From a virus (lineage: Duplodnaviria > Heunggongvirae > Uroviricota > Caudoviricetes): 64,000 nucleotides of DNA. The position numbers and the translations under genes were made by a program. The notes beneath the pieces were generated by a model. It made no database searches. It saw nothing but the letters and a program-made list of their open reading frames with translations, and was not told the DNA's origin. Of this stretch, positions 8,476 to 17,141 are shown piece after piece (positions within the stretch are counted from its first letter, which is position 1; each line of letters begins with the position of its first letter). Location: the IMG/VR virus record IMGVR_UViG_2795385890_000001. One strand, written 5' to 3'.

Positions 8476-9363
8476 ATGTCCTGGGAATTCGTAACATTCC
8501 TCATCGTCGGCGGCATCGCACTGCTGCTATTCCTCGGTGGTCTAGGCGTCAAATTCCTAGACCGTGACTCTGAGGGCGCTATCGCCTCGATGGGCACGGG
8601 GCTCATCGGCATCCTGATTGCCTTCGCGGTCCTCCTCATCGGCTGCTTCACGGTCGTCGGTACACGCAAGGTCGGCATCGAGACCGTGTTCGGGCGGCCC
8701 TCCGGCGAAACGCTTTCCAACGGCTTCCATTGGAAGAAGCCGTGGGCGACGGTCGACGAGATGGACGCAGCGGTCCAGATCGACAAGTACGAGGGCAACG
8801 GCCGCATCAAGGTCCGTCTGGGCAACTCGTCCACCGCCGACGCGGACGTGTCCGTGCGCTGGCAGATCAAGCAGGACGCCGCTGACGAGCTGTACGTGCA
8901 ATACCGATCGTTCGACAACGTCCGTACCAACCTGATCACCCGCAACCTCCAGGTCGCACTCAACGATGTGTTCTCCAAGCTGGACCCACTGGCTACCAAG
9001 TGGGCCAACGGATTACCGCTGGAGACATTCGCCAAGGACACCTCCGAGAAGCTGCGGAGGCTCGTCGGAGAACAGGTAGACATCCTCGACGTGGCGGTGC
9101 CCACCATCGACTACGACGACGGCACCGAAGCCCGCATCAATGAGCTGAACGCTGAGCGCGCCAATACAGCGAAAGCGGAGCAGGCGAAGAAGACGGCCAC
9201 TGAACAGGCCGAAGCGAACCGCATCCTCTCGTCATCGGTGTCCAACGACCCCAACGTGATTGTGCAGAACTGCATCACCAAAGCACTCGACAAGGGCATG
9301 TCCCCGTGGGGCTGCTGGCCCGGTACCGGCGCCCTCGCCACGATCCCCGCTCCAACCAAGTAA
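8476..9363 (+). CDS. SPFH / band-7 (stomatin-prohibitin-HflK/C-like) membrane protein
   Basis: Two N-terminal TM helices, then an SPFH core (VGTRKVGIETVFGRP...NGFHWKKPW...VRLGNSSTADADVSVRWQI) and a coiled-coil AKAEQAKK tail. RBS AAGGAGAAC upstream. Confidence 0.65.
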   Translation: MSWEFVTFLIVGGIALLLFLGGLGVKFLDRDSEGAIASMGTGLIGILIAFAVLLIGCFTVVGTRKVGIETVFGRPSGETLSNGFHWKKPWATVDEMDAAVQIDKYEGNGRIKVRLGNSSTADADVSVRWQIKQDAADELYVQYRSFDNVRTNLITRNLQVALNDVFSKLDPLATKWANGLPLETFAKDTSEKLRRLVGEQVDILDVAVPTIDYDDGTEARINELNAERANTAKAEQAKKTATEQAEANRILSSSVSNDPNVIVQNCITKALDKGMSPWGCWPGTGALATIPAPTK

Positions 9364-9390
9364 CACCCAACCCAGAAGGAGAACAGTCCG

Positions 9391-9735
9391 ATGTACGGAA
9401 ACGAACTGCCACCGGGGCTACCGCCCCTATCCGAAACATATGCCAGAGCAGCCAAGTTCGATGTCGCCACCGAACTGATGATCACTACAGTCCTCAAGAT
9501 CGCGGAGAGCGCGGCCGGGAAAATTGAGGCCCTGGCCGAAGAGGGGAAGCTCCCCAAGCGGGCCGCTTACCTGTTGTCCAACGTCGCTGCTAAGGCACAG
9601 GTCGGCGCAGCGTTCGGTGAGAACACGCCGGAGTTCAGGGAAACCATGGTCCGTTTCATGAATGCCGGATGGGTGCCGCCAGTGAAGGATTCAGAGAAGG
9701 GCGCGGCGGACGGAGCGGCGGTGACCCATGGCTGA
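9391..9735 (+). CDS. Hypothetical protein
   Basis: ORF in the + gene train after RBS GAAGGAGAACA. Confidence 0.45.
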   Translation: MYGNELPPGLPPLSETYARAAKFDVATELMITTVLKIAESAAGKIEALAEEGKLPKRAAYLLSNVAAKAQVGAAFGENTPEFRETMVRFMNAGWVPPVKDSEKGAADGAAVTHG

Positions 9736-10102
9736 ACCAGACGAGGACGAGAAGGTAGTTCGCCCCTTCGCCGCCTTCCTACAGGAACTCAACAAGGGCC
9801 GCGTCCATGAAGAGTTGTCCCAAGGTCTCCACGATCTTCTAGCGGCGGTGAAAGCCACCGGCAAGAAGGGCTCCCTCACGCTGACTTTGGTTGTGTCGCA
9901 GGAAAAGAAGACCCCGATGCTGATCATTGACGACGACGTGACGCCCAAGCTCCCGAAGCCGGACCGGACGCGTTCCCTCTGGTTCGTGGACAAGGACGGC
10001 AACCCCACTCGATCCGACCCGAACCAGCTCGATTTCAACTCCATCCAAGCCGTACCCACCCCGGTACCCGCCGAGGACAACACCCGAAAGGAAGCCAACT
10101 AA
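9728..10102 (+). CDS. Hypothetical protein
   Basis: ORF overlaps the upstream stop by 8 nt. Confidence 0.45.
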   Translation: MAEPDEDEKVVRPFAAFLQELNKGRVHEELSQGLHDLLAAVKATGKKGSLTLTLVVSQEKKTPMLIIDDDVTPKLPKPDRTRSLWFVDKDGNPTRSDPNQLDFNSIQAVPTPVPAEDNTRKEAN

Positions 10103-10957
10103 ATGGCATCATTCACCGACACCAGTTCCCGCACGGAGGTCGATGCGACAGCCGACCTCGCCCGGCTGGCCGTTGACCGCGTGGACGCCGTATCACCCGA
10201 TACAGCAGAGGTTTTCACATTCACGGTCCGAAATGACGAGACCCAGCAGTTTCATTCGCTGGAGAAGTACCTGCCGAACCCGCGCCGCCAACGCGGCACC
10301 ACAGCGGTTCTGGATGCGGACAGCCTGAATCTGATCCTGGGTAAGGTCCAGCAGCTCGACGCGCTCGGTTTCGCGGACCGCGCAAGCAACCGGGTGACCG
10401 CGATACTCAATTACGAGGGTTGGGGTGATCACCGGATCGCTCTGCACTTGAAGCACTCTCGTGAGTGGCAGCACTGGTCCCAGCTCGACGGTGAGTTCCT
10501 GCCTCAGGCCAGGTTCGCCGACCACCTCCAGGATGGGCTCTCCGAGATCTACAACCCCCCGGCGGCCGACCTGGTGGAGATTGTGCGGAAGTTTCAGGCC
10601 AAGCGGTCCCTCTCGTTCAAATCGGCACGGGATATCGCCAACGGTGAGGTCCAGTTCGAGTACGTCGAGGAGACCTCGGATGCGGGCGGCGGAACCGCCG
10701 GGACAATCGAGATCCCGCAGGTACTCACGCTGAGGCTCCCGATCTACGAGCGCGGCGCCCGTTACGAACTGCTGGCGCACTTCATGTACCGGCTCGGGCC
10801 GCAGGGCGTCGCGTTCGGATACAAGCTCGACCGGGCACAGGAAGTCGTTGATGCCGCGTTCGACGCCGAGGTCGAGAAAATCACCGACAGCCTGCCCATC
10901 GCGTACGGCCCTGCGCCGGAGCCGGTTCAGCCGTTCAGCAACGAGTACAGCCGGTAG
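10103..10957 (+). CDS. Hypothetical protein (284 aa)
   Basis: Long ORF starting 1 nt after the upstream stop, with protein-like composition. Confidence 0.45.
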   Translation: MASFTDTSSRTEVDATADLARLAVDRVDAVSPDTAEVFTFTVRNDETQQFHSLEKYLPNPRRQRGTTAVLDADSLNLILGKVQQLDALGFADRASNRVTAILNYEGWGDHRIALHLKHSREWQHWSQLDGEFLPQARFADHLQDGLSEIYNPPAADLVEIVRKFQAKRSLSFKSARDIANGEVQFEYVEETSDAGGGTAGTIEIPQVLTLRLPIYERGARYELLAHFMYRLGPQGVAFGYKLDRAQEVVDAAFDAEVEKITDSLPIAYGPAPEPVQPFSNEYSR

Positions 10958-10959
10958 AC

Positions 10960-11172
10960 GTGTCCGCTACCGAACACCATGAGGAAGCCCTGCGTCTCTA
11001 TGAAGAGGCGCAGGGCCTCCCCAAGGCACAGTCCACCCCGCTCATCGCGGAGGCACAGCTCAACGCATCCCTGGCGCTGTACGAGCTGCTAGCGGAATCC
11101 GCGTACAACGCCGGGCCGAACGTCGAGGCCAAAGCCCCGTTCATAGGTGACCCCACATGGAGGACCGAATGA
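10960..11172 (+). CDS. Hypothetical protein
   Basis: GTG-start ORF, alpha-helical composition. Confidence 0.4.
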   Translation: MSATEHHEEALRLYEEAQGLPKAQSTPLIAEAQLNASLALYELLAESAYNAGPNVEAKAPFIGDPTWRTE

Positions 11173-11546
11173 GTCGCCCACGTAAGCAACGGTTCCCGCT
11201 CGCCGCCGTCCTGACCGTCGCCGCCGGGCTACCCGAAGGCGCGCTATGCAAGGTCAGCGAAGTGCAAGCGCTCCTCGGGTTCATGACCGGCGGAACGATC
11301 ACCATCAACCAGGTCCCAAGGGCCAAGGACTTCTGCCAGAAATTCCTCCTAGACCAGCACCGGTTCCTGGACTCGCTCGTACCTGAATCCACCGAAGTGG
11401 AGAAGGTGCGCCGCTGGGGCACCAAGTGTCAGGAGCGCTGGGGCAAGGAAGTGTTGGTAGAAGCGTGCCCCGGGGACGCCTACCAGCATCGCGCCAGCGT
11501 CGATGAACTCCAGCATCTCTGGAGCAGCCGGAAGGCGGCCTCCTGA
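11169..11546 (+). CDS. Hypothetical protein
   Basis: MSRPRKQRFPLAAVLTVAAGLPEG...; ATGA coupling. Confidence 0.45.
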   Translation: MSRPRKQRFPLAAVLTVAAGLPEGALCKVSEVQALLGFMTGGTITINQVPRAKDFCQKFLLDQHRFLDSLVPESTEVEKVRRWGTKCQERWGKEVLVEACPGDAYQHRASVDELQHLWSSRKAAS

Positions 11547-11857
11547 TGCCTGAGTTCGCAGACCTGTTCCCCGGCGCCACCCGCAACGTAGCCAACTACC
11601 GGGGCGACATCGCCGCACACATCCTGGCCGACACCCACCCATTCGGCCCCGACCTACACGGCGCCTACTACGCGCCCGTCTCGGCGGTGTACGACCCGGC
11701 CACCGACCAGACCAAGGTCACGTTCCGCCCGATCCCCCGCCGGCAGCCCACCACCCGGAGACGGGAGCAGCAGCCGTCACCGTTTGGGCTGAACCGGCGC
11801 CAGCGCCGACTACTAGGAGATACCAAGCATGGCAAGCAATCTCGCAGAACTTCTTGA
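11546..11857 (+). CDS. Hypothetical protein
   Basis: ORF start shares one nt with the upstream stop (TGATG). Confidence 0.4.
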   Translation: MPEFADLFPGATRNVANYRGDIAAHILADTHPFGPDLHGAYYAPVSAVYDPATDQTKVTFRPIPRRQPTTRRREQQPSPFGLNRRQRRLLGDTKHGKQSRRTS

Positions 11858-12188
11858 GGTCGGAGCCCGGTACGCGGCGAAAGCTGTCCGCCGCGCCGCA
11901 GACACCATCGAGAACGCCGAGGGCCAGCAGCTCCTCGCGTGGATAACAGGTCTGCGCGCCACCGTCACCCCCGCCGATGAACCGGGAGCCGGGGAGACGA
12001 CGGAGCAGCAGCCAACGGTGGGTGCGGTCATCAAAGTCACCTGCGAGCTGTGCCCTCGCAGCATGGACCAGCTGACCGCCCCGGACACGCTTTGGGTGTG
12101 CCAGGCGTGCGCCATGGGTCATCTGCACTGGGATGGCGTCTCTCGCCATGTGACGCGGACGTACCGGGTGCTGGGGATGTACCCGTGA
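11829..12188 (+). CDS. Hypothetical Cys-rich protein
   Basis: CELCPRS...WVCQACAMGH zinc-ribbon-like motif. Confidence 0.4.
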   Translation: MASNLAELLEVGARYAAKAVRRAADTIENAEGQQLLAWITGLRATVTPADEPGAGETTEQQPTVGAVIKVTCELCPRSMDQLTAPDTLWVCQACAMGHLHWDGVSRHVTRTYRVLGMYP

Positions 12189-12373
12189 AGGTCCAGCTGA
12201 TACGCGGACAAATCACTACCACTGATGGTGTGACCCGCAAGTTCCAGATCGCGCCTCTCGGCTGGATGCAGTGGGGAACCACCGACAAGCAGCTCGGCGA
12301 GACCGTGGATCTGTTGGAGGCGCTGACGCAGGCCGCCGCCGCTCACATCGCCGGGTACGGGGAGCAGCCATGA
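12185..12373 (+). CDS. Hypothetical small protein
   Basis: GTG start overlapping the upstream stop (GTGA); in frame with track ORF 12050..12373. Confidence 0.35.
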   Translation: MKVQLIRGQITTTDGVTRKFQIAPLGWMQWGTTDKQLGETVDLLEALTQAAAAHIAGYGEQP

Positions 12374-12657
12374 ACCCCGAACTGGAAGAAAGGAAATGGG
12401 TCGCCGAGTGCCAGGACTGCCCCACCACCAAGGACGAGGAATACGGCCATGAAGTGAAGGCCACGTGGGAGTTCCCTCGCGGCCGGGAAGGTCTCAAGCA
12501 AGCAGAACGGTTCGCGGTCCGCCACCGCGCTCTGCGCGGGCACAACGTCCAGGTGCTGACTCGCTTGGCCATGACATTCAACCTCTACGACAACCCCGGC
12601 CTGGAGTACCTCCTAGGTCTCGGTGACGCCGGAGACAACATCGGAATCCAGCGATGA
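12370..12657 (+). CDS. Hypothetical protein
   Basis: MNPELEERKWVAECQDCPTTKDEEYGHEVKATWEF...; ATGA coupling. Confidence 0.4.
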   Translation: MNPELEERKWVAECQDCPTTKDEEYGHEVKATWEFPRGREGLKQAERFAVRHRALRGHNVQVLTRLAMTFNLYDNPGLEYLLGLGDAGDNIGIQR

Positions 12658-13127
12658 GCAGCAGCCGCGCGTTCCGCGCCGAGTTTGGCGGCTGGTGCGA
12701 CTACGGCGACGACCCGATCCGGCCCGGCGACGAAGTCCGCTACGACGACGACACCCCTCGTACACACCGCCTGCCCAAACCCAGTAACCCCCACCGACAT
12801 ACGGGACATCTGCCCCAACTGTTGGTGCCAGCACGCAGGAGAATGCGCATGACCGACAGCCCGAAAGTAATAGTGCAGCAGCTCGATTCGAGCATTCTCA
12901 TCGACATCTATCTCGATGGATTCATGACGGGCGCCGCAACCTGCGCGCTCAACTACAGCCAGGACGATGCCGAGGCTGACCGCGTTTCCGAGACTCTCGT
13001 TCGCGCAGTCAAGACAGACCCGGCCGCGATGGAAGAGATACGTCGCGAGGTCCGCGAACGGCTCCTCGGAATCGAAGGTGAGACAAGGAACCTCGACGTA
13101 TTCCACCCGGACTATAAGGAGCGCTGA
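12654..13127 (+). CDS. Hypothetical protein (alternative internal start near 12849)
   Basis: ATGA coupling at the 5' end; an internal ATG (MTDSPKV...) is also preceded by an AGGAG-like RBS. Confidence 0.4.
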   Translation: MSSSRAFRAEFGGWCDYGDDPIRPGDEVRYDDDTPRTHRLPKPSNPHRHTGHLPQLLVPARRRMRMTDSPKVIVQQLDSSILIDIYLDGFMTGAATCALNYSQDDAEADRVSETLVRAVKTDPAAMEEIRREVRERLLGIEGETRNLDVFHPDYKER

Positions 13128-13130
13128 ACA

Positions 13131-13586
13131 ATGGCGACACTCAGAGTGAAACTTGTTCTGGAGGCCGTGATTTGCGACCACTGCGACACGAGCTTCGGTG
13201 TCCCGGTCTGGCTCAGCGGGCACCCGATCCACTGCCCACTCGGGCACCGGAACGAAGGCCGCGAGTTCGAGACGGTGCCGGATACGCCGAACGTTGCTAC
13301 ACCAGAGGGAATCTGGGAAGTGTTGACCGGCGCCGCCGCTGAGGAACTGGAACTGGGCGGCGATGCCGGAAGCGTGGTCGCATGCATTCGAGAGATGTTG
13401 GCCGAGGAAGGGCATGTGGTCGTTCAGGTCCCACGTGTTGCACACAAGGGGCCACGCGATACCGACGCCTCGATGTACGCGGCAGCCGCCGGGCGACTGG
13501 AGCGCGGCTACGGCATAGGTGGCAGCAACCTGACCCGCGCGGTTGCGACACTGCTCAGCTCTGTGGCCGAGGCGGCAGCCCGGTGA
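13131..13586 (+). CDS. Hypothetical zinc-ribbon protein
   Basis: CDHCDTSFG...HCPLGH motif. Confidence 0.4.
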   Translation: MATLRVKLVLEAVICDHCDTSFGVPVWLSGHPIHCPLGHRNEGREFETVPDTPNVATPEGIWEVLTGAAAEELELGGDAGSVVACIREMLAEEGHVVVQVPRVAHKGPRDTDASMYAAAAGRLERGYGIGGSNLTRAVATLLSSVAEAAAR

Positions 13587-13936
13587 GCGCCAACAACTGG
13601 ACTACCTGCTACGCCTGCCAGACCCGGCGTGCCGATGCTAACGACGAACGAATTGCCGAGCAGCGGAAGCTCATCGAAGACGCGTACGGACAGGTGTCAC
13701 AGGAGGAATACGACAGCCTTCGCGGCCGCCTGGAGAGTGCCATTGCAGAGATCGAAGCAGCCCCACTGAGTCAGACCTTCCGCGAAGACTACGAGATCCA
13801 CGGCGCAGAAACCGGTGTCGTAACAGTCAGTTACGGCGGTAGCTGCACCGTATGCGGCTACGGGACAGCGTTCGAGGAACAGCACCCCATCGAGGCCCGC
13901 GAGCTGCACTCCGTGAGAGAGAACCGCCATGGGTGA
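13583..13936 (+). CDS. Hypothetical Cys-rich protein
   Basis: GTG start overlapping the upstream stop. Motifs CYACQ...CTVCGYG. Confidence 0.4.
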   Translation: MSANNWTTCYACQTRRADANDERIAEQRKLIEDAYGQVSQEEYDSLRGRLESAIAEIEAAPLSQTFREDYEIHGAETGVVTVSYGGSCTVCGYGTAFEEQHPIEARELHSVRENRHG

Positions 13937-14867
13937 CAGGACCGGCATCGAATGGACCGATGCCACATGGAATCCCGTAACCGGCTGCGACAAGGTTTCT
14001 CCCGGCTGCGATCACTGCTACGCCGAGACGTTTGCCGAGCGTTGGCGCGGCACGCCGGGGCACTACTTCGAGAGCGGGTTCGATGTGCAGCTGCGACCGG
14101 ACAAGCTCGACTTGCCCCTGCGCTGGACCAAACCGCGCAAGGTGTTCGTCAACTCGATGTCAGACCTGTTCCACGACAAGGTGCCTGACGAGTACATAGC
14201 CCGCGTGTTCGCCGTCATGGCCCTCGCGCCACGACACACTTTCCAGCTGCTAACCAAACGCCACGGCCGCATGCACGCGCTCCTCGGATCTGAGAGGTTC
14301 CCGGGCCTCGTGTACATGGCCATCAACGCACTGCTGGAACACGGTAACCCGCTCCACATCAACGATGTGGCGATCATGGCGGCACTCGACGGCTTCTCTC
14401 GGGGGCGGTTCAAGGTGCTACCCAACGTCTGGTTGGGCGTGAGCGCCGAGGATCAGAAGCGCGCCGACCTACGCATTCCGGCCCTGCTGGATACCTCGGC
14501 AGCCGTGCGGTTCGTCAGCGCCGAGCCGCTCCTCGGGCCGCTGGACATCGCGCGGTTCGCTGAGCACGATGACGCCAAGTACGACGTGCCACCTCTCAGC
14601 TGGGTGATAGTTGGCGGCGAATCCGGTCCTGGCGCAAGGCCGATGCATCCCGAATGGGCTCGCTCGCTACGCGATCAGTGCGTAGCCGCTGGCGTGCCGT
14701 TCCTGTTCAAACAGTGGGGCGAGTGGACACCGAACACAGGACATCAGTACCGGGATTGGGCCAATCTCAGTGATCCCCATGCGTTCGTCATGCGCGTCGG
14801 CAAGAGGCGCGCCGGGCGGGAGCTGGATGGGCGCACATGGGACCAATACCCAGGGGCGGTTGCGTGA
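13929..14867 (+). CDS. Phage Gp37/Gp68-family protein (DUF5131)
   Basis: N-terminus IEWTDATWNPVTGCDKVSPGCDHCYAETF is the hallmark of the Gp37Gp68 family. Confidence 0.6.
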   Translation: MGDRTGIEWTDATWNPVTGCDKVSPGCDHCYAETFAERWRGTPGHYFESGFDVQLRPDKLDLPLRWTKPRKVFVNSMSDLFHDKVPDEYIARVFAVMALAPRHTFQLLTKRHGRMHALLGSERFPGLVYMAINALLEHGNPLHINDVAIMAALDGFSRGRFKVLPNVWLGVSAEDQKRADLRIPALLDTSAAVRFVSAEPLLGPLDIARFAEHDDAKYDVPPLSWVIVGGESGPGARPMHPEWARSLRDQCVAAGVPFLFKQWGEWTPNTGHQYRDWANLSDPHAFVMRVGKRRAGRELDGRTWDQYPGAVA

Positions 14868-15508
14868 TGACGACTGTCTGGTTCGTCTCCGACCTACATA
14901 TCGGGCACGCGCTCGTCGCTGTGATCCGGGCAGAGCGCGCCGGTATCGCCCTGCCGGCCAACCCTGTGGATCGGCAACTCGCGGCTATCGAGTGGCATGA
15001 CCAGACCTTGGCGGAGAAGTGGGATGCCATCGTTCACCCCGGAGACCAGGTATGGGATCTGGGGGACAACAGCTCTGGAACCAACACCGCCCAGATGAAG
15101 TCTCTTGCGTGGCTGTACCAGAGGCCGGGCGAGAAGCACCTGGTTCCGGGTAACCATGACCGGTGCCACCCGATGTACCGCGACGCCCACAAGTGGCAAC
15201 GCGACTACCTCCAGGTGTTTCAGTCGGTGCAGCCGTTCGCGCGGCGCCGTATCGGCGGCCGAACCGTTCTCATGTCGCATCTGCCTTACCTGGGCGACCA
15301 CACCACCGCTGAGCGGTACAACCAGTACCGGCTCCGCGATGAAGGCGCATGGCTTCTCCACGGCCATACCCACAGCACCGCAAGCTATCTGCCGTACGTA
15401 CACCAGCGTCAGCTCCATGTCGGAGTGGATGCCTGGAACCTAGCGCCAGTCGGTATCGACACCCTCGCAGAAGGCATCGAGTTCCTTGAACGGGGTGATG
15501 CGTCGTGA
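14867..15508 (+). CDS. Calcineurin-like metallophosphoesterase
   Basis: Phosphoesterase motifs VSDLHIGH, GDxxD(LGDN), GNHD, GHTHS. ATG shares a base with the upstream TGA. Confidence 0.65.
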   Translation: MTTVWFVSDLHIGHALVAVIRAERAGIALPANPVDRQLAAIEWHDQTLAEKWDAIVHPGDQVWDLGDNSSGTNTAQMKSLAWLYQRPGEKHLVPGNHDRCHPMYRDAHKWQRDYLQVFQSVQPFARRRIGGRTVLMSHLPYLGDHTTAERYNQYRLRDEGAWLLHGHTHSTASYLPYVHQRQLHVGVDAWNLAPVGIDTLAEGIEFLERGDAS

Positions 15509-15990
15509 ACGCCGCCGATGTGCTTGCCGCGCTGCGTAAACACCACCGGGACGCTGCGCTAGTACCCGAAGTGGTGATACACGATGACCACCCAATCTGG
15601 GCTGAGCTGCCCGATGGGCATGGGCAGCCCTACACACGCCGGATAGACGCGCTGATGTTCGACAGCTTGGAACGCACCGCGATTGAGATCAAAGTCTCCA
15701 AAGCCGATGCCGCAAAGGAGACCTGGGAAAAGGTCCAACCGTGGCGCCGGGTGTGCCACAGATTTGTGTATGCGGTACCGGCTGGGCTCATAGAGCATCC
15801 GCCTGTCTACGGGTGCGGGCTGTGGTGGATCCACGACCCGACCCCTTTGTATCCGCATGGTCGCGTCGAGGTGCGCCGCAAAGTCTCGATCAACAAGACA
15901 CCTGAGCAGTTGCCACAGCACGTAATACAGGCCCTCGCGTACCGGGCGGCGGGCGTAGCGAGCATCAAGAGAGCGGGGAATACACCATGA
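15505..15990 (+). CDS. Putative PD-(D/E)xK-fold nuclease-like protein
   Basis: RIDALMFDSLERTAIEIKVSKAD has a D...E-x-K arrangement. GTG start coupled to the upstream stop. Confidence 0.4.
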   Translation: MNAADVLAALRKHHRDAALVPEVVIHDDHPIWAELPDGHGQPYTRRIDALMFDSLERTAIEIKVSKADAAKETWEKVQPWRRVCHRFVYAVPAGLIEHPPVYGCGLWWIHDPTPLYPHGRVEVRRKVSINKTPEQLPQHVIQALAYRAAGVASIKRAGNTP

Positions 15991-16409
15991 CCGACACCCC
16001 TCCAATGCCGGTAAGACTGGATGGCCGCGTGACCGTATCCGAGGGAGAGCTAGCCAACTTGGTTCGGCTGCTGCGCGAGACGGTGGACGACTCATGGCTG
16101 GCGGTCAACTTCAAGCCGGACTACGGCGCTGGCCAGACCAAGAAGATCGATACGAAAGCGGCTCAAGCTCTTGCGATCTCGCTCCTACAGCGGATCAATT
16201 CCACGCGCCTCGGGCACGCCGAGGGCACCGTCGCTACCCATGGGGATGGGCGGCTCGCCCGCCGCTACTACTCGGACGCTGAGCAGCGGTTGACATGGCT
16301 CGTGGTCCAGCCGCCGAGCGACAAGCGGGTGGAAGTCGAAAGTGGTCCCGAGCTCCCCGGCCTCGGCTGGAAAGTCCGCGACGACAAGCCGTGGCAGGTA
16401 GTCCGGTGA
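15987..16409 (+). CDS. Hypothetical protein
   Basis: ATGA-coupled ORF. Confidence 0.45.
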   Translation: MTDTPPMPVRLDGRVTVSEGELANLVRLLRETVDDSWLAVNFKPDYGAGQTKKIDTKAAQALAISLLQRINSTRLGHAEGTVATHGDGRLARRYYSDAEQRLTWLVVQPPSDKRVEVESGPELPGLGWKVRDDKPWQVVR

Positions 16410-17113
16410 CCGCCTACACGTTCAACGTTGAGCCGCCCAAGCACGGCTCGCACATCGAGTTCTACGCGGAGGAGCGGGGGTGCCTGCCGGCCACACCGAA
16501 CCTGGAGCGCGCGAGCCTCCAGAACGCGGTGTTGTTCGGCGGCCCTGCGGTGCGGCGCTGCCTGGAGCAAGCCCCGATTGTCGGTGATCACAAGCACGTG
16601 TTCGTGGACACGAAGGTATCCCTGCTACTGCCGGGTTTCATCCCGGCGATACCGGGCTGGCACACCGATGGCGTTCCACGTCTCCACACCGTGACGGAGA
16701 AGGTCGGTTCACCGTTCAACGCTGGCCCTCCATCTATGAACGCTCAGGGCGCCCAAGAGGCGAAGGGGTACCGGCCCCGGTTCCACACCATCCATGTCGG
16801 AAACCACTGCCCAACAAGGTTCATGCGCAAACCGTGGGTCATTGACCTGGAACATGGCGAGGACTCGGGCCTGTATCGCGAACTGTCTCAAAAGGTTGAG
16901 AGCGCGCCATATTCCGAGCGAGGCGCGTATCTGGATTCTCCGCTGGAGCAGTGGCTTTCGTGGAGTTGGTGGAACGTCCACACCGCGACGCCTGCGGATT
17001 GGCGTGGATGGCGGCTCCTCATCCGGGTGACGGAATCAGACCAGCCCCCGTTGGATTCGGGATTCATCCGGTCCCAGACGCAGGTGTACGTACCCACGGA
17101 GTTCGGCTGGTGA
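16406..17113 (+). CDS. Hypothetical protein with HxD...H motif (possible cupin / 2OG-Fe(II) dioxygenase-like fold)
   Basis: IPGWHTDGVP (HxD) and FHTIHVGNH downstream could form a 2-His-1-carboxylate metal site. GTG start coupled to the upstream stop. Confidence 0.35.
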   Translation: MTAYTFNVEPPKHGSHIEFYAEERGCLPATPNLERASLQNAVLFGGPAVRRCLEQAPIVGDHKHVFVDTKVSLLLPGFIPAIPGWHTDGVPRLHTVTEKVGSPFNAGPPSMNAQGAQEAKGYRPRFHTIHVGNHCPTRFMRKPWVIDLEHGEDSGLYRELSQKVESAPYSERGAYLDSPLEQWLSWSWWNVHTATPADWRGWRLLIRVTESDQPPLDSGFIRSQTQVYVPTEFGW

Positions 17114-17141
17114 ACAACAACAAGACGGAAGGGGAGCGGTA

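Noticed and set aside
12585-13445. Long minus-strand ORFs such as 12585..13445 (286 aa), 23266..24120 (284 aa), 26843..27886 (347 aa), 29552..30517 (321 aa), 8424..9107 (227 aa), 60426..61712 (428 aa)
   Set aside because: They lie antisense to well-supported + strand genes (including the Ro60, terminase and structural genes). They have Arg/Ala/Gly/Pro-biased junk composition typical of shadow ORFs in about 68% GC DNA, and lack coupled starts or RBS.
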